64,000 nt of DNA from Gemmatimonadota bacterium. Its GTDB lineage: Bacteria; Gemmatimonadota; Gemmatimonadetes; Longimicrobiales; Gaopeijiaceae. Shown in pieces: positions 16,506-24,588 of this stretch (the first letter of the stretch is position 1; each line of letters starts with the position of its first letter). A program made the translations under genes and the position numbers. The DNA lies in the NCBI GenBank assembly GCA_007120305.1, contig SKNW01000029.1:1706-65705 (forward strand), written 5' to 3'. The notes under the pieces were generated by a model. It worked only from the letters and a program-made list of their open reading frames with translations, made no database searches and had not been told where the DNA came from.

Positions 16506-17359
16506 TGGCCGAACTCGCGTCCCCCGCCCCGGCCGATCGGCCGGAGCGCATTCGCACCTACTTCGAGGGTCGGGCGGAGAACTGGATCCGTCTGACCTCG
16601 GACGCCCCGGTAAGCGGCGTTCGGGCCAGGGTGCGGGCGGGGCGCGAGACCATGGCCGGAACCCTGCTCGGGTGGCTGGAGTCACCGCCCGCGGCGGATT
16701 CTCTGGGTGCGGGTGCGGGTGCGGGTGTCGGTGCCGGTGTCGGTCTCGGCGCCGACCTCGACTCCGACGCCGGGGGGGGGATCCCCGGGGGGGAGCGCCG
16801 GGTGCTGGATGCCGGATGCGGACCGGGGGAGATCAGCCTGCGGCTCGCGGCCCGGGGATTCCGGGTGACGGGGATCGAGCTGGCGCCGTCGCTGGCCGAG
16901 GCGGCACGGGACCGCGTGCAGGCGGCGGGGATGGCGGATCGGGTGGAGATCCTCGAGGGCGATGCCACCCGCCCCGGTGACGGACCCTGGGACCACGTGG
17001 TCCTCATGGACGTCCTCTTCCACTATCCCCTGGCCGAGGCCGTGGAGGCCCTGGCCCGGCTGGCTCCGGTGGCCCGGCGGAGCGTGGTGTTCACGCTGGC
17101 CCCGCGGACCCCGCTTCTGGGAGCCCTGCGCACCGTGGGGGGGCTCTTCCCGCGACGGGACCGGGCGCCCACCCTCCACCCCGTACCCGTGCGCGCCTTC
17201 GTGAACCGGGTCCTGGCTCACCCCGGGTTCTCGGAGTGGGCCCGGGGCCGGGATCGCTTCGTGCGTTCCGGCGTCTACTTTTCCCACGCCGTGGAGCTGG
17301 TCCGGAACCCCGAGGCACGCGGGGATGCGGATGCGGAGCGGGGAGGCCCCCGCCCATGA
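16505..17359 (+). CDS. bchM: Mg-protoporphyrin IX O-methyltransferase
   Basis: SAM-binding motif (VLDAGCGPGE) at the bchL-bchM-lhaA position. Carries a Gly/Ala/Val insertion from hexanucleotide repeats. Confidence 0.85.
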
Positions 17360-18930
17360 CGGTGGATCTGAAGCGCGTGGTGAGGAACGACGCCGGCAGG
17401 GACGACGCGAAGGACGTCGCGGAGGACCACGTGAAGAGAGTCGCGGATCACGGCCCGGCGCAACGCGCGGCTCAACCTGCGGCTGCGCCCCCGAAGAGGT
17501 CGCTGGCGTCCCGTACGGCCGACATGCTGAACAGCCTGGGTACCCGGTACCTCCCGTTCGCCGACGCCGCTTCCGCTGAACTTCCCCTGGGGCGCCTGCT
17601 TCGCCTGGCCCTCTTTCAGGTCTCGGTGGGGATGGCGCTCACCCTCCTCGTGGGCACGCTCAACCGGGTCATGATTGTGGAACTGGGAGTGGCGGCGCTG
17701 GTTGTGTCGGCCATGATCGCCCTCCCCCTGCTCTTTGCCCCCTTCCGTGCGCTCATCGGGTTCCGGTCGGACGTCCACCGGTCGGCCTTCGGCTGGCGCC
17801 GGGTGCCCTATCTCTGGTTCGGCACGCTTCTGCAGTTCGGGGGATTCGCCATCATGCCCTTCGCCCTCCTCCTGCTGGGAGGTGACCACTCCGCGCCCAT
17901 GTGGGTCGGGACGGCGGGGGCGGCCCTGGCCTTCCTCCTGGTGGGGGCGGGGGCCCACACGGTGCAGACGGCAGGTCTCGCGCTGGCCACGGACCTGGCC
18001 AACCCGGAGCAGCGTCCCCGGGTCGTGGCCCTCCTCTACCTCTTTCTTCTGGCAGGAATGATCATCGGGGGCGTGGCCTATGCCGTCGTCCTGGCCAACT
18101 TCTCGCCCCTCCGCCTGATCCAGGTCATCCAGGGGGCGGCGGTGATCACCATCGTGCTCAACGGCGTGGCCCTCTGGAAGCAGGAGGCCCGGGATCGGAC
18201 CCGGGCGACCCGGCCGCCGGAAACCCTGCGGTTTCGGGACGCGTGGAGGGCCTTCACCCAGGGAGGCCGGGCGACCCGACTCCTGGTGGCCGTGGGTCTC
18301 GGGGCCGCCGGCTTCTCCATGCAGGACGTGCTCCTCGAGCCGTTCGGCGGGGAGGTCCTGGGGATGGGCGTGGGGGGCACGTCGCTCCTTACGGCCCTGA
18401 CCGCCGGCGGGGCGGTGGTGGCCTTTGCCCTGGCGGCCCGGATGCTCGAGCGGGGCGCCGATGCCTGCCGCCTGGCGGCCATGGGTGCCCTTGTGGGGGT
18501 GGGCGCGTTCGTGGCCGTGATCCTCTCCGGTGTCATGGGCTCGCCCCTGGCGCTCCAGATCGGCGCCGTCCTCATCGGGATCGGTGGCGGGTTCTTCCTG
18601 GTGGGGACCCTGACCGCGGCCATGGACCTGCACCAGGCCGAGAGCAACGGGCTCGCCATGGGCGCCTGGGGCGCCGTGCAGGCCACCTCCATGGGGGTGG
18701 CCGTCATCATCGGCGGGGTGATCCGCGATGGAGCGGCCATTCTCGCCGCGACGGGACGCCTGGGCCCTGGGTTCGAGGGGCCCACAGCTGGATACATGCT
18801 GGTGTTTCAACTGGAAATCGTGGCCCTCTTCCTGGCCATGGCCGTGCTGGGCCCCCTGGTGGCCTCCGGCCGGACGATTCCCGCAGGCCCCGAGCGACGC
18901 CGGTTCGGACTGGCGGAGCTTCCGGGGTGA
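17356..18930 (+). CDS. lhaA: LH1 assembly protein LhaA (PucC-family MFS)
   Basis: Contains RYLPFADAASAELPLGRLLRLALFQVSVGMA and is a polytopic protein. The ATGA-coupled start at 17356 is supported by a high-GC3 frame; an alternative ATG at 17524 would remove a roughly 56-aa charged N-terminal extension. Confidence 0.85.
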   Translation: MTVDLKRVVRNDAGRDDAKDVAEDHVKRVADHGPAQRAAQPAAAPPKRSLASRTADMLNSLGTRYLPFADAASAELPLGRLLRLALFQVSVGMALTLLVGTLNRVMIVELGVAALVVSAMIALPLLFAPFRALIGFRSDVHRSAFGWRRVPYLWFGTLLQFGGFAIMPFALLLLGGDHSAPMWVGTAGAALAFLLVGAGAHTVQTAGLALATDLANPEQRPRVVALLYLFLLAGMIIGGVAYAVVLANFSPLRLIQVIQGAAVITIVLNGVALWKQEARDRTRATRPPETLRFRDAWRAFTQGGRATRLLVAVGLGAAGFSMQDVLLEPFGGEVLGMGVGGTSLLTALTAGGAVVAFALAARMLERGADACRLAAMGALVGVGAFVAVILSGVMGSPLALQIGAVLIGIGGGFFLVGTLTAAMDLHQAESNGLAMGAWGAVQATSMGVAVIIGGVIRDGAAILAATGRLGPGFEGPTAGYMLVFQLEIVALFLAMAVLGPLVASGRTIPAGPERRRFGLAELPG

Positions 18931-18948
18931 GGCCATTCTCACCCCACC

Positions 18949-19239
18949 GTGATTCCCTCTGAAGGAGACCGTACCGTGGGATACTTCGACTTTGCCCAGA
19001 TCACCGTCTACCTGTTCTGGTTCTTCTTTGCCGGGCTGGTGATCTACCTCCGCCGGGAGGACAAGCGGGAGGGCTACCCCCTGGAGTCCGATCGGGCCAA
19101 CGTGACCGTGCAGGGATGGCCCGTCGTGCCCACCGAACCATCGGCACGCTCGACCCGCCTCAAGCATGCGAGTCTTGACGCCTCCGACCCCGCCAACTAT
19201 ATGCCTGAATCCCAGACCGACCAGAAGGAGGTTCGATGA
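18949..19239 (+). CDS. puhA: Reaction-centre H subunit, N-terminal transmembrane piece (separate ORF)
   Basis: Contains [35 protein letters not shown], the canonical PuhA TM helix and REGYPL motif. Likely start is GTG 18976, preceded by AAGGAG. The TGA stop at 19237-19239 overlaps the next ATG. Confidence 0.8.
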   Translation: MIPSEGDRTVGYFDFAQITVYLFWFFFAGLVIYLRREDKREGYPLESDRANVTVQGWPVVPTEPSARSTRLKHASLDASDPANYMPESQTDQKEVR

Positions 19240-19766
19240 GCATCCCTGCCCGGCCCACCGCATCCCATCCCGGAGCGGCCCTGGAACCCACCGGCAACCC
19301 GATGAAGGACGGCATGGGCGCCGCCGCCTGGGCCACCGACCGGGCGGATCGTCCGGACCTGACCCACGACGGGCGCCCCCGGATCCAGCCCATGAGCAGG
19401 CTGAGCGGGTTCACCATCGAATCCCGGGATCCGGATCCCCGGGGAATGAAGGTGGTGGGCGCCGACGGCGGGGTGGCCGGGGTGGTCACCGACCTCTGGA
19501 TCGACCTGGCCGAGCCCCAGGTGCGCTTCATGACCATGGAGCTCCCCGACGGGACCGGATCGGTGCTGATCCCCAATGGGTTCGTGAAGATCAAGCGCGC
19601 CGCGGGGGAGGTCCGGGTGCAGGCGCTCTACGCGGAGCACTTCGCCGACATCCCGCGCCCGAAGGCGGCCGACCAGATCACACTCCTGGAAGAGGATCGG
19701 ATCTACGGCTACTTCGCCGGCGGCTATCGCTACGCGGATCCGTCTCGACTCGACCCCCTGTTCTGA
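19236..19766 (+). CDS. puhA: Reaction-centre H subunit, C-terminal cytoplasmic (PRC-barrel) piece (separate ORF)
   Basis: Contains [42 protein letters not shown] and [17 protein letters not shown]. This frame is closed by a TGA at 19206, so ATG 19236 is the only start. The SD sequence GAAGGAGG sits 5 nt upstream. Confidence 0.8.
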   Translation: MSIPARPTASHPGAALEPTGNPMKDGMGAAAWATDRADRPDLTHDGRPRIQPMSRLSGFTIESRDPDPRGMKVVGADGGVAGVVTDLWIDLAEPQVRFMTMELPDGTGSVLIPNGFVKIKRAAGEVRVQALYAEHFADIPRPKAADQITLLEEDRIYGYFAGGYRYADPSRLDPLF

Positions 19767-19767
19767 T

Positions 19768-20421
19768 ATGAGTACCCCGTCCGCACCGGGGACCCATTCG
19801 GACGAAGTTCGGGCTCGCATCACCGGAGTGGAGGAAGCCCTCCCCCCCGGGGAATCCCTCGTATGGGAGGGACAACCGGATGTGAAGACCCTGGCGTTCC
19901 GGGTCCTGTATCTCCGTGCCATTCTCGTCTACTGGGCGCTCGTCGCCGTCGGCTTCCTGGCCGCGGGTGCCCTGGGCGGTCGTGGGTCCGGCAGCCTTGC
20001 CGCCGACCTGGTCTGGCTCATGGTCGTGGCGGCTGCCGGTTCGGCCCTGATCTTCGGGTTGGCGGCAGCCATCCGTTCCAGCACCACCTACGCCCTGACG
20101 GACCGCCGCGTGGTGATCCGGATGGGGGTGGCCTTCCCCTCGGTGCTCAATCTTCCCCTTCACCAGATCGACGCCGTGGACGTCCGCGCGACGGGAAAAG
20201 ATCGGGAGGGCCGCGAGGTCGGTGACCTCGTGCTCACCCCCATCGGCGGCGAGCAGGTGGGATGGCTCTACCTCTGGCCCCACGTGAAACCCTGGTCCTG
20301 GCGCACCCCTGCGCCGGCACTTCGGGCCATCCCCGAGGCGGCGTACGTGGGGAAGCTGGTGGCCCGGCACGCGAAGGCACGTCTTGATCAGCTTCAGGGC
20401 GAACGCGAGGATACGGCATGA
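19768..20421 (+). CDS. puhB: Photosynthetic complex assembly protein PuhB
   Basis: 217 aa with two TM hairpins and a bPH-like C-terminus. Immediately follows puhA. Confidence 0.75.
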   Translation: MSTPSAPGTHSDEVRARITGVEEALPPGESLVWEGQPDVKTLAFRVLYLRAILVYWALVAVGFLAAGALGGRGSGSLAADLVWLMVVAAAGSALIFGLAAAIRSSTTYALTDRRVVIRMGVAFPSVLNLPLHQIDAVDVRATGKDREGREVGDLVLTPIGGEQVGWLYLWPHVKPWSWRTPAPALRAIPEAAYVGKLVARHAKARLDQLQGEREDTA

Positions 20422-20434
20422 TGGAGAATCCGAC

Positions 20435-20968
20435 ATGAGTGTCGTTCGCTTCGAGGGCGGGGATCTCGAGAAGGAGCTGATTCCGCCGGTTGCCATCAAG
20501 GCCACGGCTGCCTTCCTCGTCCTGGTGCTGATCCTGGCGGCGGTAGCCCGCCTGACCGGGGTCGGGGCGCTGGAGGACCTGTCCGACCGGACCCCGCTGG
20601 TGGAACGAACCCTGGCGTTCGTGGCCGCACCAGGCGATGGTCCCGTGGAACTCCGGGACGGGGACACGGGTGAACTGATCCAGCTTCTGGCCCCTGGCGA
20701 AGGTGGATTCCTGCGCGGAGCCGTCCGTCCCCTCTACCGGGAGCGGGAGCGGGCCGGGGGTGATCCGGCGGCACCGTGGCGTCTGACGCTCTGGTCCGAC
20801 GGGGCTCTGACCCTCACCGATCCCATGACCGGGATGGTGGTGGACCTCCATGCGTTCGGGCCCACGAACGCCGGAGCCTTTGCCGAGTTGCTTCCCCCTC
20901 CCCCTGCGCCTGCCGCGCCCCTTGCGGCTGACCTGCGATCCGTCTTCGAAGGAGTCGATTCCCCATGA
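20435..20968 (+). CDS. puhC: Photosynthetic complex assembly protein PuhC
   Basis: 177 aa from ATG 20435, with a single N-terminal TM helix (PVAIKATAAFLVLVLILAAVA) and a periplasmic domain. Positional match. Confidence 0.7.
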   Translation: MSVVRFEGGDLEKELIPPVAIKATAAFLVLVLILAAVARLTGVGALEDLSDRTPLVERTLAFVAAPGDGPVELRDGDTGELIQLLAPGEGGFLRGAVRPLYRERERAGGDPAAPWRLTLWSDGALTLTDPMTGMVVDLHAFGPTNAGAFAELLPPPPAPAAPLAADLRSVFEGVDSP

Positions 20969-21294
20969 CCCTGACCACATGGGCTGCCCTGGCGGCCCTG
21001 TTCGTCATCCTCGCGATCTGGTTCTTCTGGAAGCGCACCGAGCGGGTGCCCTGCCGGCTGGAGCTGGAGCGGACCCACGAGCACCTGCATGCCCACGTGG
21101 AACTCATGGGCTTCTTCCCCGAGCCCGGCGATTCGGTCCGGGTGGAGGACGACATCGTGACCATCGAGTATGGAACGACCGAGACCCGGGAAGCCGAGGC
21201 CGTGGTGACCCGGGCGAGCGCCCTCCGGCGGGCGTGGACGCGCTTCACCGGCCGCTTCGAATTCTACGAACTCTACGACGTGGGGTTCGAGTAA
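20965..21294 (+). CDS. Small conserved PGC membrane protein (the 'hyp' of the puhABC-hyp-acsF module)
   Basis: 109 aa with one N-terminal TM helix. ATGA-coupled to puhC and located directly upstream of acsF. Confidence 0.6.
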   Translation: MTLTTWAALAALFVILAIWFFWKRTERVPCRLELERTHEHLHAHVELMGFFPEPGDSVRVEDDIVTIEYGTTETREAEAVVTRASALRRAWTRFTGRFEFYELYDVGFE

Positions 21295-21385
21295 CGGGTC
21301 CGCCACCCGGGCCGCCTCGGCATCCCACCACCCCTCCGGATCCCCTCCCCGACGTCCGCTTCGATCCCGCAGGAGAACAGCCCCG

Positions 21386-22444
21386 ATGTATCCAGCCACC
21401 ACGAACGCCCCCGTCAACGAGCCCACCATCAAGGCACAGAAGGACGCCACCCTGGCGCCGCGCTTCTACACCACCGACTTCGAGAAGATGGACCGGATGA
21501 GTGTGGAGGGAGTCAGGGAGGAGTGGGACAAGCTCGTGCAGGAGTTCCGCGATGACCCGAACAAGGGTCACTTCAAGCGGACCGAGGCCTTCGAGGGGGA
21601 CTGGTCCCACCTGGAGGTGCGCGACGAGTTCATCGACTTCCTGGTGAGCTCCATCACCGCCGAGTTCTCGGGGTGCATCCTCTACGCCGAGATCAAGAAG
21701 CGGGTGAAGAACCCGGAGCTGGCCGAGCTTTTCGGTCACATGAGCCGGGACGAGGGTCGACACGCCGGGTTCATCAACGGGACCCTCAAGGACCTTGGGA
21801 TGGGGGTGGACCTCTCCTTCCTCACCAAGACGAAGAAGTACACCTTCTTCCAGCCGAAATTCATCTTCTACGCCACCTATCTCTCCGAGAAGATCGGCTA
21901 CGCCCGGTACATCACCATCTACCGGGCCTTCGAGAAGAACCCGGAACTCCGGTTCCATCCCATCTTCGAATGGTTCAAGGACTGGTGCAACGACGAGTTC
22001 CGCCACGGTGAGGCCTTTGCCGCCCTGATGCATGCCAACCCGGAGCTGATCCGGGGGCGGAACAAGCTCTGGATCCGGTTCTTCCTGCTGGCGGTCTTCT
22101 GCACGATGTGGGTCCGGGACCACCTCCGGAGCACCTTCTACGAGGCCATGGGGATGGATACCACGGAGTACGACCTGCGCGTCTTCGAGATCACGTCGGA
22201 GATCTCGAAGCAGTGCTTCCCCGTGGTCCTGGACTTCCGGAACCCGAAGTTCATTGCTCGCATGAACCGGATGGTGGAGAACACGAAGAAGATGGCCGTG
22301 GCCCAGGAAGAGGGCGGGTTCCTGGCCAAGCTCCGCTACAACTCGCTGGCCCTGGCCAACGCCTACCAGTTCGGACGGCTCTACGTCATGAAGGCGCACG
22401 CGAACGAGGTCCCCGCCGACTTCCGCCTCGCGCCGGCCTACTGA
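21386..22444 (+). CDS. acsF: Aerobic Mg-protoporphyrin IX monomethyl ester oxidative cyclase
   Basis: 352 aa with di-iron ExxH motifs ([10 protein letters not shown] and [10 protein letters not shown]). N-terminus contains [11 protein letters not shown]. Confidence 0.92.
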   Translation: MYPATTNAPVNEPTIKAQKDATLAPRFYTTDFEKMDRMSVEGVREEWDKLVQEFRDDPNKGHFKRTEAFEGDWSHLEVRDEFIDFLVSSITAEFSGCILYAEIKKRVKNPELAELFGHMSRDEGRHAGFINGTLKDLGMGVDLSFLTKTKKYTFFQPKFIFYATYLSEKIGYARYITIYRAFEKNPELRFHPIFEWFKDWCNDEFRHGEAFAALMHANPELIRGRNKLWIRFFLLAVFCTMWVRDHLRSTFYEAMGMDTTEYDLRVFEITSEISKQCFPVVLDFRNPKFIARMNRMVENTKKMAVAQEEGGFLAKLRYNSLALANAYQFGRLYVMKAHANEVPADFRLAPAY

Positions 22445-22562
22445 CGCCGGGCCCCAGCCAGCCGCCGCCTCGCGCCGGCCTACGGACGCCGGGCGTCGAC
22501 CATCCGCCGCGCCCGGTGCCGCTCCGCTGCGCCCGCGTTCTCCGCGGACCTGCCGGACGGGC

Positions 22563-24179
22563 CTAGCGGCGGAGGACCCGGCCCGCCCGCGCGTCCACGA
22601 AAACGCCGTCCTCGACGGTGACCACGCCGTTCACCACCACCCAGAGGATGCCCTCCGGGTACTGGTGGGGCTCGACGAAGGTGGCGCGGTCGGTGACGGT
22701 GGCCGGATCGAAGACGACCAGGTCGGCATGGGCACCCTCCACGATCCGGCCGCGGTCGGTGAGGCCCAGGCGGTCCGCGGGGAAGGAGGTCATCTTCCGG
22801 ATGGCCTCCGGGAGGGTAAGGACGCCGCGCTCCCGGACATACTCGCCGAGCACGCGAGGGAAGGTCCCGTACCAGCGGGGGTGGGGGTGGCCGTCTCCGG
22901 GCTCCACCAGCCGCCCGTCGGAGGCAATGGCCGTCATGGGATGGACCATGATCCGCTCCACGTCGTCTTCGTGGAGGGCATGGTAGATGGCGCTGACCCC
23001 GCCGCGCCGCACGGCCTCCACCACCAGCTCGGCACCGGTCTCCATGGTAAGGGCGAGTCCCTCCCGGTCGGCCCAGTCGCCCAGGGAGCCTCCTTCCAGC
23101 GACGGATCCCACGTCACCCGGGCGAGCTGAACGCGGTCCAGGTCGTTTCCTCCCCGGTCATTGATCAGGTTGTCGCGGATGCCGGCCAGAATGGAGTCGG
23201 CGAGCACCGGGTCCTCCATCCGGGCCAGGAGCCCGGCGTTCCCCCCGCCCATGGCCCATTCCGGGATGAGGATGGTGATGCCGGTGTAGGTGGCCGTGTA
23301 GGGGTACTGGTCGAGGATGACATCGGTCCCGGCGGCCCGGGCCGAGTCCACCATGGCCAGCGTTCGCTCGGACGAGCCCCACATGGGGTAGCCAACCACC
23401 TTGTGGTGGGTGAGGACCACGGGAATCCCGGCCCGGCGGCCGATTTCCAGGGCCTCTCCGACCCCTTCCATCAGCTCCCGCCCCTCGTCCCGGAGGTGGG
23501 AGGTGTAGATCCCCCCCCGGGCTGCTGCCACCTCCGACAGGGCCACCACCTCGTCGATGTCGGAGAAGGCGCCCGGGATGTAGCGCAGCCCGGTGGAGAG
23601 GCCGAAGGCGCCGTCGTCCATGGCTTCGGCCACGTGGGCTTTCATGGCTTCGAGCTCGGCTGCGGTGGGGGCGCGGTCGTCGAGCCCGATGACCTCCCGG
23701 CGGATGGAGTTGTGCCCGGCCAGGAAGGCCACGTTCATTCCCACGCCCAGGACCTCGGCCGAATCCAGGTAGGGACCGAGCGGAAGGGGTGCGCTTCCGT
23801 CGGGCCCGCCCAGGGCGGTGGTCACTCCCTGGCGCACGTGGCTTTCGGAGTGGGGAAGGCGAAGAAGGGGGTCCAGGTGCGCATGAAGGTCAATGAACCC
23901 CGGTGCGACGACGAGCCCCGAGGCCACGATTTCCCGTTCCCCCGCACCCGGCGCGATCCCCTCCCGGGCGATGCGGATGATGCGGTCCCCGGTGACGCCC
24001 AGGTCGGCCCGGAAGGCCTCGCCGCCGGTGCCGTCCAGGATCTCGGCCCCCCGGATCACCAGGTCGAAGGGGCCCGGGTCCGTTTCTGCCTGACCTGAAC
24101 ATCCGGCGACGCCAGCGAGCAGCAGGAGGGCAACGCCCAGGAGCGCACGCCCGGGCGTCGGGGCCTGTTGGTTCGTCAA
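22563..24179 (-). CDS. D-aminoacylase / amidohydrolase-family lipoprotein
   Basis: Contains DLVIRGAEILDG and GFIDLHAHLD, the metal-dependent hydrolase signature. A probable TTG start at 24179 gives a signal peptide with lipobox VAGC. The maximal ORF extends to 24341. Confidence 0.75.
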   Translation of the reverse strand: MTNQQAPTPGRALLGVALLLLAGVAGCSGQAETDPGPFDLVIRGAEILDGTGGEAFRADLGVTGDRIIRIAREGIAPGAGEREIVASGLVVAPGFIDLHAHLDPLLRLPHSESHVRQGVTTALGGPDGSAPLPLGPYLDSAEVLGVGMNVAFLAGHNSIRREVIGLDDRAPTAAELEAMKAHVAEAMDDGAFGLSTGLRYIPGAFSDIDEVVALSEVAAARGGIYTSHLRDEGRELMEGVGEALEIGRRAGIPVVLTHHKVVGYPMWGSSERTLAMVDSARAAGTDVILDQYPYTATYTGITILIPEWAMGGGNAGLLARMEDPVLADSILAGIRDNLINDRGGNDLDRVQLARVTWDPSLEGGSLGDWADREGLALTMETGAELVVEAVRRGGVSAIYHALHEDDVERIMVHPMTAIASDGRLVEPGDGHPHPRWYGTFPRVLGEYVRERGVLTLPEAIRKMTSFPADRLGLTDRGRIVEGAHADLVVFDPATVTDRATFVEPHQYPEGILWVVVNGVVTVEDGVFVDARAGRVLRR

Positions 24180-24344
24180 GCGGGTCAGGCGGTCGGGGCG
24201 ATCGGGGTGGGCGCTGCAGGCGGGGGACGGTGATTCGGGCACGGCTGACTCCTGGGTCGGGGAAGGTGGACAGTCTGCCCTTCCCCGGAGCATCCCGCAA
24301 GTGGATTTCAGCCCTCCAGCAAGTGCTCGGCGAACAGGCACCGT

Positions 24345-24588
24345 TTCTGCCGGTTCCCTGCAGCATCACCTGGCCCGGCGTGGCTCCCCCTCGCCGGAGC
24401 GCGGTGCTGCCTCGCTGTCGCGAATCTGCCAATCGAACCTCTGGATTCATTCCATTGCCAGAGAAGGTGCCAAAGAGGGCATCCATTCTGCCAATCGTCG
24501 GCGAGCTGCACACACTAGTGGCAGAAACAGCCCCGAAAAGCGCCTGCTTTCTGCCACTGGAGTTCCGGGGACACCTCGAATGGCAGAA
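24345..24588. repeat. Cluster of GGCAGAA/TTCTGCCA 7-mers (5 exact plus 1 variant), including an 11-bp perfect inverted repeat
   Basis: Exact copies at 24345, 24486, 24520, 24549 and 24582; variant at 24424. Inverted-repeat arms are 24517-24527 (AGTGGCAGAAA) and 24548-24558 (TTTCTGCCACT), with a 20-nt loop. Confidence 0.8.

Noticed and set aside
19166-19771. A third-frame 201-aa ORF across puhA, and the idea that the puhA split is just a sequencing frameshift.
   Set aside because: The third frame is Arg/Pro-rich with no PuhA similarity. A simple error cannot be excluded, but the exact ATGA overlap plus a consensus SD make a genuine two-cistron arrangement more likely, so it is kept as a finding with an explicit check.
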